Shown here: positions 44,800-53,350 of the stretch, piece after piece | How the letters are laid out: each line of letters starts with the position of its first letter | Numbering within the stretch: the first letter of the stretch is position 1 | Assembly (NCBI GenBank): GCA_965207595.1 | Contig: CBDBMW010000012.1 | Location: 1,039,466 to 1,103,465, forward strand | Origin: Vicinamibacterales bacterium | GTDB taxonomy: Bacteria > Acidobacteriota > Vicinamibacteria > Vicinamibacterales > UBA8438 | DNA: 64,000 bases | Direction of reading: 5' to 3' | The notes under the pieces: generated by a model | What the model was told of the DNA's origin: nothing | The model's input: only the letters and a program-made list of their open reading frames with translations | The model's database searches: none | Made by a program: the position numbers and the translations under genes

Positions 44800-46881
44800 A
44801 TGAAGCGCGCTGCGGTTCTCACGTTGGCGCTGGCGTTCTGGGCGGGCGACGCCGCGCCGGAAGCGTGGAGCGGGACGCGCGGCGAGGCCGGCACCCGGGC
44901 CCTCGCGGCGACCGCCGAGGAATCGGCGGCCATCCCGGGCACCCCCGCTACGGAACCGCATCCGAACCAGCGCTCGCCAGCCCCGGAGCCGGCGGCCATC
45001 GCGGGCGCCCCGGCCACGGAGCCCGCGCTGCGCACGCCGCCGCTGGCCCTGACGCCGGCCGAGTACAACAACACGATCGCCGACCTGCTGGGCTTCCCGC
45101 GCGACAGCGAGGGGTGGCCGGCGCGGACAGAACTGGCGGACCGCCTGAGCCCGCGCCGCGCGGCCAGCAAGGGCGTGTTCCTGCCGCCGCCGCCTCCGCC
45201 GCCCTGGCCGTGGCGCTTCCCCGCCGAGCCCGGTTCGGAGGGCTTCGAGGGGATCGTCCAGGGGCAGAACCCGTCGTCCTACCAGGTGGAGGAGCTGCAC
45301 TTGGCGGCGATGCACTTCGCGTCCTACGCGCTCCTCTCGCCCACCTTCTTCGCGTGCGAGGGGTGGGCGGAGCTGCCCGCCGCGGAGCAGGCGGCTTGCG
45401 CCGGGACGAGCATCGAGCGCTTCGCGCGGCGCGCCTACCGTCGGCCGCTGCGCGCGGCGGAACGGGAGCGGCTGCTCGACTTCTGGCAGGCCAACCGCGG
45501 CGCCGGACCGCTGGACGAAGCGGTCGCGCTCACCGTCGCCGGCATCCTCCAGGCCCCCGCGTTCCACTTCCGGGTGGAGCCGGGCGCCGAGGGCGGGCGC
45601 GGGGACGGCGACCGGGCCGGCTCCGGCGCCGGCCAGGCGGGTCCCGGCGCCGACCAGGCGGGTCCCGGCGCCGACCAGGCGGGGTCCGGCGCCGACCCGT
45701 GGACGCTCGCCTCCCGCCTCTCGTACTTCCTCTGGGACTCGATGCCCGACGCGGAGCTCTTCGCCGCCGCCGAGGCGGGCGAGCTGGCGACGGCGGCCGG
45801 CGTCGAGCGGCAGGCGCGGCGCATGCTCGACGACCCGAAGGCCCGGCCCGCCGTGGTCCGCTTCCACCACCAGTGGTTGGGCACGGAGGACGTGCTGCTC
45901 ATCGCCCCCGCGCGCCGGGCGTTCGGGCCGCGCTTCGGCATCGCGCCCCGCATGGGCGAGGCCAACGACGACGACATCGAGTGGCCGACCATCCTCGGCC
46001 CCGTGCGCCACTCGCTGCTGCTCGAGGCGGGACTCTTCGTCGAGCGGACGGTCTTCGACGGCGACGGCACGTTCACGGCCCTGATGACCGATCACCACGG
46101 GTACCTGTCGGACGCCACGGCGCCGATCCACGGGGCGGGCGCCGTGCGCGACCCCGGCGGAGCGCCCGTGACGCGGCCGATCGAGTTCGTGGCGATCTCC
46201 ATCGGGCGCAAGGACTCGCTGACGCTCTACCCGGCCACGTTCCCGCCCGCCGAGCGGGCCGGCGTCCTGACGCTGCCGGCCGTGCTCGCGGTGGGCGCCT
46301 ACGCCGTGCAGCCGGGGCCGATCCTGCGCGGCGTGCGGGTGCTCGAGCGGATCGCGTGCATGCACCTCGGCACGCCCATCCAGGGGGCGGAGACCGCCCT
46401 CCCACCCGACACGCTGGCCGTCGAGAGCACCAACCGCGAGCGGACGGCGACGGCCACAGACCGCCCCGCGTGCGCCTCCTGCCACCGGCGGATCAACCCG
46501 CCGGGCTTCGCCTTCGAGCACTACGACGCACTCGGCGCGTGGCGCGCGGAGGACAACGGCCAGCCGGTCGACGCGAGCGGGACGCTTCACCTTCCGGGCG
46601 GCGAGACGCTGACCTTCACGGACGGCGTCGACTTCGCGCGCCAACTCGGGGCCAGCCGCCGCGTTCGGGACTGCTACGCGCTGCACTGGACGCGCTACGC
46701 GCTGGGCGATCGGATCGCGTCGTCCGAGCCCGCCCTGGAGCCGATCCGGCGCCGCTTCCGCGAAGACGATTCCATCAAGGACCTGCTGGTGTCCATCGCG
46801 ACCAGCGACCTGTTCCGGTTCGGCGCTGGCGCTGGCGCAGACGCAGACGCGCACGCGGACGCGCCGGGAGATGCCCGATGA
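44800..46881 (+). CDS. Secreted DUF1587/1595/1592/1588/1585 (PSD-domain) protein with one CxxCH
   Basis: AEYNNTIADLLG, FARRAYRRPL, LASRLSYFLWDSMPDAEL, PILRGVRVL, CASCHRRINPPGFAFEHYD. Confidence 0.88.
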   Translation: MKRAAVLTLALAFWAGDAAPEAWSGTRGEAGTRALAATAEESAAIPGTPATEPHPNQRSPAPEPAAIAGAPATEPALRTPPLALTPAEYNNTIADLLGFPRDSEGWPARTELADRLSPRRAASKGVFLPPPPPPPWPWRFPAEPGSEGFEGIVQGQNPSSYQVEELHLAAMHFASYALLSPTFFACEGWAELPAAEQAACAGTSIERFARRAYRRPLRAAERERLLDFWQANRGAGPLDEAVALTVAGILQAPAFHFRVEPGAEGGRGDGDRAGSGAGQAGPGADQAGPGADQAGSGADPWTLASRLSYFLWDSMPDAELFAAAEAGELATAAGVERQARRMLDDPKARPAVVRFHHQWLGTEDVLLIAPARRAFGPRFGIAPRMGEANDDDIEWPTILGPVRHSLLLEAGLFVERTVFDGDGTFTALMTDHHGYLSDATAPIHGAGAVRDPGGAPVTRPIEFVAISIGRKDSLTLYPATFPPAERAGVLTLPAVLAVGAYAVQPGPILRGVRVLERIACMHLGTPIQGAETALPPDTLAVESTNRERTATATDRPACASCHRRINPPGFAFEHYDALGAWRAEDNGQPVDASGTLHLPGGETLTFTDGVDFARQLGASRRVRDCYALHWTRYALGDRIASSEPALEPIRRRFREDDSIKDLLVSIATSDLFRFGAGAGADADAHADAPGDAR
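45625..45697 (+). repeat. 21-bp coding tandem repeat, about 3.5 copies (GADQAGP)
   Basis: GGCGCCGACCAGGCGGGTCCC units. Confidence 0.85.
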
Positions 46882-48281
46882 TCCCGCGACGACAGATCCT
46901 CCGCATGGGTGCCCTGACCGCGCTCGGGGCCGGCTGGCCCGGTGGCGTGGTGCGGGCGCTGGCCCAGGCCCCGGCCGGGCCGCCCCGCCGCCTCCTCGTC
47001 ATCAGCCACTGTCACGGGTGGCCGTACGCCGACTGGCGCATGCGACCTGCCGGCGCGGCCGAGGACCGGCCGTGGGAGCTCGACCTCGGCCCGCTGCCCG
47101 CCGGCGCGTTCAGCGCGCCGCTGGTGCCGCTCCACCCGCACCGGCGGCGCGTGCTCGCCCTCGACGGGCTCTCGCTGGGGACGGCCGAGCTCGACGGCGG
47201 CGGCAACCGCCACGACCGGGGATGGATTCACTCGTGGACCGGCAACGACGCCGACTTCGCGGGACGCGACACCCGCTCGACCTCCGCTTCGATCGACCAG
47301 CTCGTCGCCGCGCACATCGCGCGCCCCGACCGGCTGCCGTCGCTGGAGCTCTCCGTCGACGCGGCGCTCGAGGCGGGGCGCCCCATCAGCTACAACGCGG
47401 GCGGAGTGCGCCTGCCGGCCGAGAACACGCCGCTCCGCGCCTGGGAGCGCGTCTTCGGGCCTGCCTCGTCCGGAGACGCCGTCGGCACGCGGCGGCGGAC
47501 GACGCTCGACTTCGCCTACCGCGAGTACCGCGCCCTCGCGCCGCGCTTCGACGCCGCCGGCCGTGCGCGGGTCGAGGCCCACTTCGGGCTCGTCGAGCGG
47601 CTCGGCCATCGGCTCGAGGGTCTGGCGACGCTCGCCTGCGAGGCGCCCCCGCGGCCCGCCGGCTCGTTCGAGCAGTACGACCGGCGCTTCGACGCCTTCA
47701 CCGACATCATCGCCGCGGCGTTCGCCTGCGACATCACGCGCGTCGTCTCCCTGTCGCTGGGCGAGATGCCGACGGCCGAGTTCGGCGCCGCCCACATCAG
47801 CGACAAGGTGCACAAGGGCATCGCCCACTACATCTACGACGATCCCGCGAAGCACGCCGCGATGGCCGACTACGCGCGCCACCACGCGGAACAGGTGGCG
47901 CGGCTCGTGAGCACCCTGGAGGCGATCCCCGACGCCGGGGGCGGCTCCGTGATGGACAACACCCTGATCGTGTGGGGCTCCGAGCTCGGCGACGGCTGGC
48001 ACGGCTACGGCCACTACTGCCCGGTGCTCATCGGGGGGTCGTGGGCCTTCGCCACCGGACGCTACCTCTACTGGCCGCACACGACCCCGATCGAGGTGCG
48101 GGTGCCGTCGCAGGTGGTGGCGGGCGGCTCCACCCGCCTGTCCGGCATCCCCCACCAGCGGCTGCTGGTGAGCGTGGCCCGCGCGATGGGCCTCGACGTG
48201 GACCACGTGGGCCTGTCGTACGTGCGGGGACAGCGGGGCGACTTCGTCGACGTGAGCGGGCCGCTCGGCCGGCTGGCGTAG
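46878..48281 (+). CDS. DUF1552-family protein with a twin-arginine signal
   Basis: MIPRRQILRMG Tat-like leader; STSASIDQLVA, AFACDITRV, MDNTLIVWGSELGDG; ATGA overlap with the upstream gene. Confidence 0.87.
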   Translation: MIPRRQILRMGALTALGAGWPGGVVRALAQAPAGPPRRLLVISHCHGWPYADWRMRPAGAAEDRPWELDLGPLPAGAFSAPLVPLHPHRRRVLALDGLSLGTAELDGGGNRHDRGWIHSWTGNDADFAGRDTRSTSASIDQLVAAHIARPDRLPSLELSVDAALEAGRPISYNAGGVRLPAENTPLRAWERVFGPASSGDAVGTRRRTTLDFAYREYRALAPRFDAAGRARVEAHFGLVERLGHRLEGLATLACEAPPRPAGSFEQYDRRFDAFTDIIAAAFACDITRVVSLSLGEMPTAEFGAAHISDKVHKGIAHYIYDDPAKHAAMADYARHHAEQVARLVSTLEAIPDAGGGSVMDNTLIVWGSELGDGWHGYGHYCPVLIGGSWAFATGRYLYWPHTTPIEVRVPSQVVAGGSTRLSGIPHQRLLVSVARAMGLDVDHVGLSYVRGQRGDFVDVSGPLGRLA

Positions 48282-48322
48282 GGGCCGCGGGCGCCATACG
48301 GCTGCGCGCCTCCCCGGGCCGG

Positions 48323-49675
48323 TCAGGCCGTCCGCGCGAGCTGCCGAGCGCGACCGGCGACCTGCATCGCGAATGCTCCCAGGGCGTCCCCATCCAGCCC
48401 GGAGGCGGCAAGCTCGCCCGCGGTTCCTTCGGCCCGCTCGATCGCGAGTGCAGCCAGCGCCGCGACCCGCCGCCGCACGAACGGCGGCGCCAGCCCGACG
48501 CTCTTCGCGAACCGATCCCAGTCCCCGGGACGCAGCTCCCGCAGCGTGGCGCGCCCGGCGACCCGCATCGCGAGGTTGGGGGCCAGGGGTCTGCGCCGTG
48601 GAACGGCGCGGACTCCTGAAGGATTGGGTTGGGCGCCGAGCGGAGCCGCAGGCGACGAACGGCGGGCGAAGTCGGGATAGGCGACGGTCGAGAGCAGGTC
48701 GTAGAGCGGAGCGAGCTCCGTGCCCCCTTCGCGGTGGAGCAGGCTGTAGTTCTTGGCGTGGGCATCGGCGTTCCCGATGAGCACCTGCACGATGGCCGCG
48801 TCGAGCAGCTTGAGCACCTCGACGGCCGGACGCGGGCACGCGCGCCGGACCAGATCGAAGCACTGGCGGAACGCCGGACCGCCGTCGGCGGCGTACTTGC
48901 GGCTGGAGGGCACCCGGAGCGCCTGGCAGAAGTCCTCCTGGTGCAGGCGGCGCACGGAACCGTCCGCCTCCCGCTGCCGGTCGTAGCGGGTGACGAGCAG
49001 GCAGTGCCCATCGGCCACGCGATACGCGTCCACCGGGGCCGCGTCCACCCCGAGGCTGGCGGCGAGGCGCATCGCGAACGCCTCGTTCTCGGTGGTTGCC
49101 GGGAACCGGGCGATGGGCGGCTTGAGGATATGCGTGGTCGGCTGCCCCGGCCCAGGCAGCGCGACCCGCCCGCCGACCAGGACGACGGGGAGCTTCGACT
49201 GCGCCCCGGCGAGCGACAGCCGCAGGCCGCGCGTGCCGGCCAGCATCGGCCGGGTACCGAGCTGCCCGAGCACGCCGGCCAGCTCCTGCTCGTCGAGCGC
49301 CGCCGCGGGCTGGCCGCCGGCCGGGGTCACGACCGGCGGCGGCTGCGGCGCGTCACCCTCCGGCCGCAGGGTCAGCGCACCGGCCACGTCGCCCCCCAAC
49401 CGCTCGAGCAGTGCGAACTCGTTGCCCGGCGACACGCCGAAGACCGCCGCGACCGCGTCGCGCTGCGCACCCTCGGGCAGCAGTCCTTCGAAGAAGGGCC
49501 GACACGCCCGGGCGCGGAACGGCTCCGCGCGCTTCGGCAACGAGAAGGAGAGCGCGGGCGAGGCGGGGTCGGCGAGCCAGACCGCGTCGTACGCGAACCG
49601 CATCGCGCCGTCGCGATCCACGCGCAGGGAGCCGACGAGCGCGTCCTCCCACCAGACCGCCAGCGCGCGCGTCAT
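48323..49675 (-). CDS. hipA: HipA-family kinase toxin with HipA-N domain and a 28-aa insertion
   Basis: SLAGAQSKL, THILKP, ENEAFAM, LLVTRYDR, HQEDFCQAL, IGNADAHAKNYSL, LAPLYD. Confidence 0.92.
   Translation of the reverse strand: MTRALAVWWEDALVGSLRVDRDGAMRFAYDAVWLADPASPALSFSLPKRAEPFRARACRPFFEGLLPEGAQRDAVAAVFGVSPGNEFALLERLGGDVAGALTLRPEGDAPQPPPVVTPAGGQPAAALDEQELAGVLGQLGTRPMLAGTRGLRLSLAGAQSKLPVVLVGGRVALPGPGQPTTHILKPPIARFPATTENEAFAMRLAASLGVDAAPVDAYRVADGHCLLVTRYDRQREADGSVRRLHQEDFCQALRVPSSRKYAADGGPAFRQCFDLVRRACPRPAVEVLKLLDAAIVQVLIGNADAHAKNYSLLHREGGTELAPLYDLLSTVAYPDFARRSSPAAPLGAQPNPSGVRAVPRRRPLAPNLAMRVAGRATLRELRPGDWDRFAKSVGLAPPFVRRRVAALAALAIERAEGTAGELAASGLDGDALGAFAMQVAGRARQLARTA
48587..48670 (-). 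mobile_element. 84-bp in-frame MITE-like insertion in hipA with IS1182-type terminal hairpin
   Basis: Gene sense: arm + TCAG + GAGTCCGCGCCG-TTCCA-CGGCGCAGACCC + CTGG; adds FARRSSPAAPLGAQPNPSGVRAVPRRRP between YPD and LAPNLAM. Confidence 0.72.
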
Positions 49676-49899
49676 GCCCGAGGGTCGCCCCCGGCGCCGG
49701 CCGGCGGTTCGATCCGCAGCGTGCAGCCGAGGGCGGCGAGCACGGCGAGGGCCTTGCCGATCTGCGCCGTCACCTTCCCGGCCTCCAGCTCCACCACGAA
49801 CCGCACGCCGACGCCCGCCGCTCCGGCAAGCTGGTCCTGCCGGAGACCCTGTGCGCGGCGCGTCTCCCGAACGACTCGTCCGATGTCGCGCGGCGTCAC
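49672..49899 (-). CDS. hipB: HipB-like XRE HTH antitoxin
   Basis: IGRVVRETRRAQGLRQDQLAGAAGVGVRFVVELEAGK; GTG start; overlaps the hipA start. Confidence 0.88.
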   Translation of the reverse strand: MTPRDIGRVVRETRRAQGLRQDQLAGAAGVGVRFVVELEAGKVTAQIGKALAVLAALGCTLRIEPPAGAGGDPRA

Positions 49900-49907
49900 G
49901 GCTTGAT

Positions 49908-49970
49908 TTCCCGATCGGGAATATAGGGCGTCCGCCGCGGCTTGGCAACCTCCGGCTTCCCGATCGGGAA
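49908..49970 (-). promoter_or_regulatory. hipBA promoter flanked by two perfect 14-bp operators
   Basis: TTCCCGATCGGGAA at 49908 and 49957; minus strand TTGCCA-17 bp-TATATT between them. Confidence 0.82.
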
Positions 49971-50152
49971 ATCCCAGCGTGCTCTCCACCCTGTCGGGGG
50001 CCTCGTCAGGACCGATTCCGACCCGTTCCTGCGATAGCCCGAAGGCAGATCGGGGCCTCCAAACGCGAGCACAGCCACGCTGTGCCCTTGCTACCTGTCG
50101 CGGCCCGCGGGACAATGCTCCGTCCGGTGCGCCGCCCCGCCCCACTGAGACC

Positions 50153-52213
50153 ATGAACAGCATTCGGCCGCATCGTCTGCATGCGTCCGCGCACCCGGCG
50201 CCGCCAGCTGTCGCCCTGGCTGCCCTGGCGCTGATGCTCGGCGCGCCGCCGTCCATCACCGCCGGGCAGCCGCCCGACGCAGCGGACGCGGTGCCTCCCC
50301 TCACGACGGCGGCCGGCGAGTGGCCGAGCTACGGCGGTGACGCCGGGAACGCGCGCTACTCGCCCCTCGAGCAGATCGACGCCTCGAACTTCGACCGGCT
50401 CGAGATCGCCTGGCGCTTCCGGACCGACAACTTCGGCCCCTCGCCCGAGTTCAAGCTCGAAGGCACCCCGGTGATGGCCGGGGGCGTCGTCTACGCCACC
50501 GCCGGGACGCGCCGGGCCGTGGTCGCGCTCGACGCCGCGACCGGCGAGCTGCTCTGGATGCACCGCGAGGACGAGGGGGCGCGGGCCGCGGCTTCCCCGC
50601 GGCGCCTGTCCGGGCGCGGGCTGGCGTACTGGACCGACGGCGACGAGGCGCGGATTCTCTACGTGACGATCGGCTTCCGCCTCGTGGCGCTCGACGCCCG
50701 CACCGGGGCGCGGGTGGCGGACTTCGGCGCCGGCGGAGCGGTGGACCTCAAGGCGGCGGCCGTGGTCGGCGACGGGCGGCCCATCGATCCAGTCACGGGG
50801 TCGATCGGGACCAACGCCGCCCCGACCGTGGCGGGCGACGTGGTGATCGTCGGCGGCACGTTCGCCGACGGAGCCGCACCGCGGACGCACAACAACGTCA
50901 AGGGGCTGGTCCAGGCCTTCGACGTCCGCACCGGCGAGCGACTCTGGACGTTCCGCACCGTTCCCCGCCCCGGCGAGTTCGGCGCCGAGACGTGGCTCGC
51001 CGACTCCTGGGGCAGCAACGGCAACAACGGCGTCTGGACGCAGATCTCGGCCGACCCCGAGCTGGGCCTCGCCTACCTGCCGGTCGAGACGCCCACGGGC
51101 GATTACTACGGCGGCCACCGCCCCGGCGACAACCTGTTCGCCGAGAGCCTCGTCGCCGTCGATCTCGCGACCGGAGAGCGCCGCTGGCACTTCCAGCTCG
51201 TGCACCATCCGCTGTGGGGCTTCGACATGGCGAGCCCGCCGATCCTGGCCGACATCACGGTCGACGGCCGGGCGGTCAAGGCCGTGGCGCAGCCGGGGAA
51301 GCAGGCGTTCCTCTACGTCTTCGACCGCGTGACGGGCGAGCCGGTCTGGCCCATCGAGGAGCGGCCGGTACCGCAGGGCGACGTGCCGGGCGAGTGGTAC
51401 TCCCCGACCCAGCCGTTCCCCACCCGTCCGCCGCCCTACGACCGGCAGGGCGCCTCGATCGACGACCTCATCGACTTCACGCCCGAGCTCCGAGCGGAGG
51501 CCGTCGAGCTGGTCTCGCGGTATCGGCTGGGTCCCATCTTCACGCCGCCCGTCGTCAGCCGACCGGAGGGGCCGATCGCGACCCTCGGGCTCGGGGCCGG
51601 GAGCGGCGGCACGAACTGGCCCGGCGGCGGCTACGATCCCGAGACGAACGTCCTCTACGTGCCCTCGCGGACCGCCTTCTACTCCTGGGAGCTGATTCCG
51701 AGCCCCGGCCCGGACGTCTCCGACATGCGCTACGTGAAGGGGACGGAGCGGCGCGGCGTGGGCCACGGCGGCCTGCGCGATCTCAATGTCCGCGGCCTGC
51801 CGCTCGTCAAGCCGCCCTACGGCCGCCTGTCGGCCATCGACCTCGACCGCGGCGACCTCCTGTGGCAGGTCCCGCACGGCGCCACCCCGGAGCGCGTGGC
51901 GCGCCATCCGGCCCTCGCCGGGCTCGACATCCCGCGGACCGGCCAGCCCTGCACGCACCTCGTCGGCCCGCTCGTCACCGCGACCCTCGTCGTCCTCGGC
52001 GAGTGCGACTTCCGCCGGACGCCCGCCGGGCGCGGCGCCATGCTGCGGGCCTACGACAAGGCGACGGGCGACGAGGTGGGCGCCGTCTTCCTGCCCGCGC
52101 CGCAGTCCGGCTCGCCGATGACGTACCTGGCCGGCGGCCGCCAGCACATCGTCCTCGCCATCGGCGGCCGCGGCCACTCCGGCGAGTACGTCGCGCTGCG
52201 GCTGCCGTCGTGA
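50153..52213 (+). CDS. PQQ-dependent dehydrogenase (quinoprotein GDH-like)
   Basis: GEWPSYGGDAGNARYSPLEQID, LEGTPVM, WHFQLVHHPLWGFD, SPTQPFPTRP, SGSPMTY. Confidence 0.9.
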   Translation: MNSIRPHRLHASAHPAPPAVALAALALMLGAPPSITAGQPPDAADAVPPLTTAAGEWPSYGGDAGNARYSPLEQIDASNFDRLEIAWRFRTDNFGPSPEFKLEGTPVMAGGVVYATAGTRRAVVALDAATGELLWMHREDEGARAAASPRRLSGRGLAYWTDGDEARILYVTIGFRLVALDARTGARVADFGAGGAVDLKAAAVVGDGRPIDPVTGSIGTNAAPTVAGDVVIVGGTFADGAAPRTHNNVKGLVQAFDVRTGERLWTFRTVPRPGEFGAETWLADSWGSNGNNGVWTQISADPELGLAYLPVETPTGDYYGGHRPGDNLFAESLVAVDLATGERRWHFQLVHHPLWGFDMASPPILADITVDGRAVKAVAQPGKQAFLYVFDRVTGEPVWPIEERPVPQGDVPGEWYSPTQPFPTRPPPYDRQGASIDDLIDFTPELRAEAVELVSRYRLGPIFTPPVVSRPEGPIATLGLGAGSGGTNWPGGGYDPETNVLYVPSRTAFYSWELIPSPGPDVSDMRYVKGTERRGVGHGGLRDLNVRGLPLVKPPYGRLSAIDLDRGDLLWQVPHGATPERVARHPALAGLDIPRTGQPCTHLVGPLVTATLVVLGECDFRRTPAGRGAMLRAYDKATGDEVGAVFLPAPQSGSPMTYLAGGRQHIVLAIGGRGHSGEYVALRLPS

Positions 52214-52218
52214 AGCGA

Positions 52219-52467
52219 TCAGTTCATGAGGCGAAGCAACGCGAACAGGGCGGCCGCCTGAAGCCCGGCGACAGCCAGCACGATGCCGACCACCCACTTG
52301 ATCAGGCGCGCTTCGAGCGTGGCGAGGTCGGCCTTGGTTGCCAGGACGGTGGCGTCGACTCCTTGATGCTCTGCCGCCTGACGGACGGCGTCCGCCACGG
52401 CTTCGGCCTGCTCCGGCTCGATCCCAACGCCTTTCAACTGGCGCGCAATGGCCAACGTGTCGAACAT
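52219..52467 (-). CDS. DUF1640/CCDC90-like small coiled-coil membrane-anchored protein
   Basis: MFDTLAIARQL...EQAEAVADAV...LATKADL...LIKWVVGIVLAVAG. Confidence 0.8.
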   Translation of the reverse strand: MFDTLAIARQLKGVGIEPEQAEAVADAVRQAAEHQGVDATVLATKADLATLEARLIKWVVGIVLAVAGLQAAALFALLRLMN

Positions 52468-52541
52468 CACGTTCAACGTATCATGCCCTGCCGCGCGCGA
52501 CGACAGCTCCGCCTCTCCGCGTCGCCATTCGACTGCCCTGG

Positions 52542-52937
52542 CTACGAATCGGATCGATCCGGACCGGCAGGGCGGCCGGCGACCTTCCCCGGCCAGAGGA
52601 CGACGTGCAGCCGGTCGATCTCCCGGTGGAACTCCTCCGGCAACCACGCCCAGTCGTGTGCCTCGACCAGGAAGGGAATGGTCGACTCCCGGAGGGCGTC
52701 CTCGAAGTCCCCCAGCGCGGCGGTGGCAATCCTCTTCAGTCCGGGACCGCGCAGCACGAGATCGAGGTCGCTACCGTCGTGGCTCTGTCCGCTCACGCGG
52801 CTGCCGTAGGCCCAGACCTCCACATAGGGAAGGTGCTTCCGCAGCAGGGTCTCGATCACGGCACGGTGCTTCTGCGACAGGTGCAGCCTGTTACCGTCAC
52901 CCGGGCGCCGCACCCCGCGGGCAGGGGAATCAGGCAT
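52542..52937 (-). CDS. Minimal nucleotidyltransferase (MNT antitoxin)
   Basis: VEVWAYGSRVSGQSHDGSDLDLVL, IPFLVEAHDW. Confidence 0.9.
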   Translation of the reverse strand: MPDSPARGVRRPGDGNRLHLSQKHRAVIETLLRKHLPYVEVWAYGSRVSGQSHDGSDLDLVLRGPGLKRIATAALGDFEDALRESTIPFLVEAHDWAWLPEEFHREIDRLHVVLWPGKVAGRPAGPDRSDS

Positions 52938-53250
52938 CGTCGCCGGGCTCCGGCGCCTCGATCGCATCGGCGAGCGCCTTGGCGTCGACGATGATCAAGC
53001 CGTGCTTGGCCGCGTGGCGGAACACGTCCTTGAAGGCGAGGCGGTCGATCTGCCGGTTGCTCGCGAACCAGGCGCGGAGCCTCTTGCGCAGCAGCTTGCC
53101 GCTCTGTTCGAGCACCAGCTCGAACTCCTTCACGCAGGCGGCGCGGTAGATGTCGTAGAGCACTTCGTCCGCGGCGCGCTCCTGCAGGCCTTCGTACGCC
53201 GACTCGAGGATCCGGATGCAGCGCCGCAGGTTGCCGGTCTGAAGCGTCAT
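52930..53250 (-). pseudogene. HEPN (nucleotidyltransferase substrate-binding type) toxin with an apparent in-frame deletion of the R-x4-H motif
   Basis: YDIYRAACVKEFELVLEQSGKLL, FKDVFRHAAKHGLI joined directly to IVDAKALADAIE; no RxxxxH anywhere in 106 aa. Confidence 0.75.
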
Positions 53251-53350
53251 GGCGCGTCGACAGGATACCGCGGCCGTACGGCGGGCCTGCTCGCGCCGGG
53301 CGCTTCCGCCCGAGGTAACACGAGGCCTCGGAGGTCACGAACGGATACCT

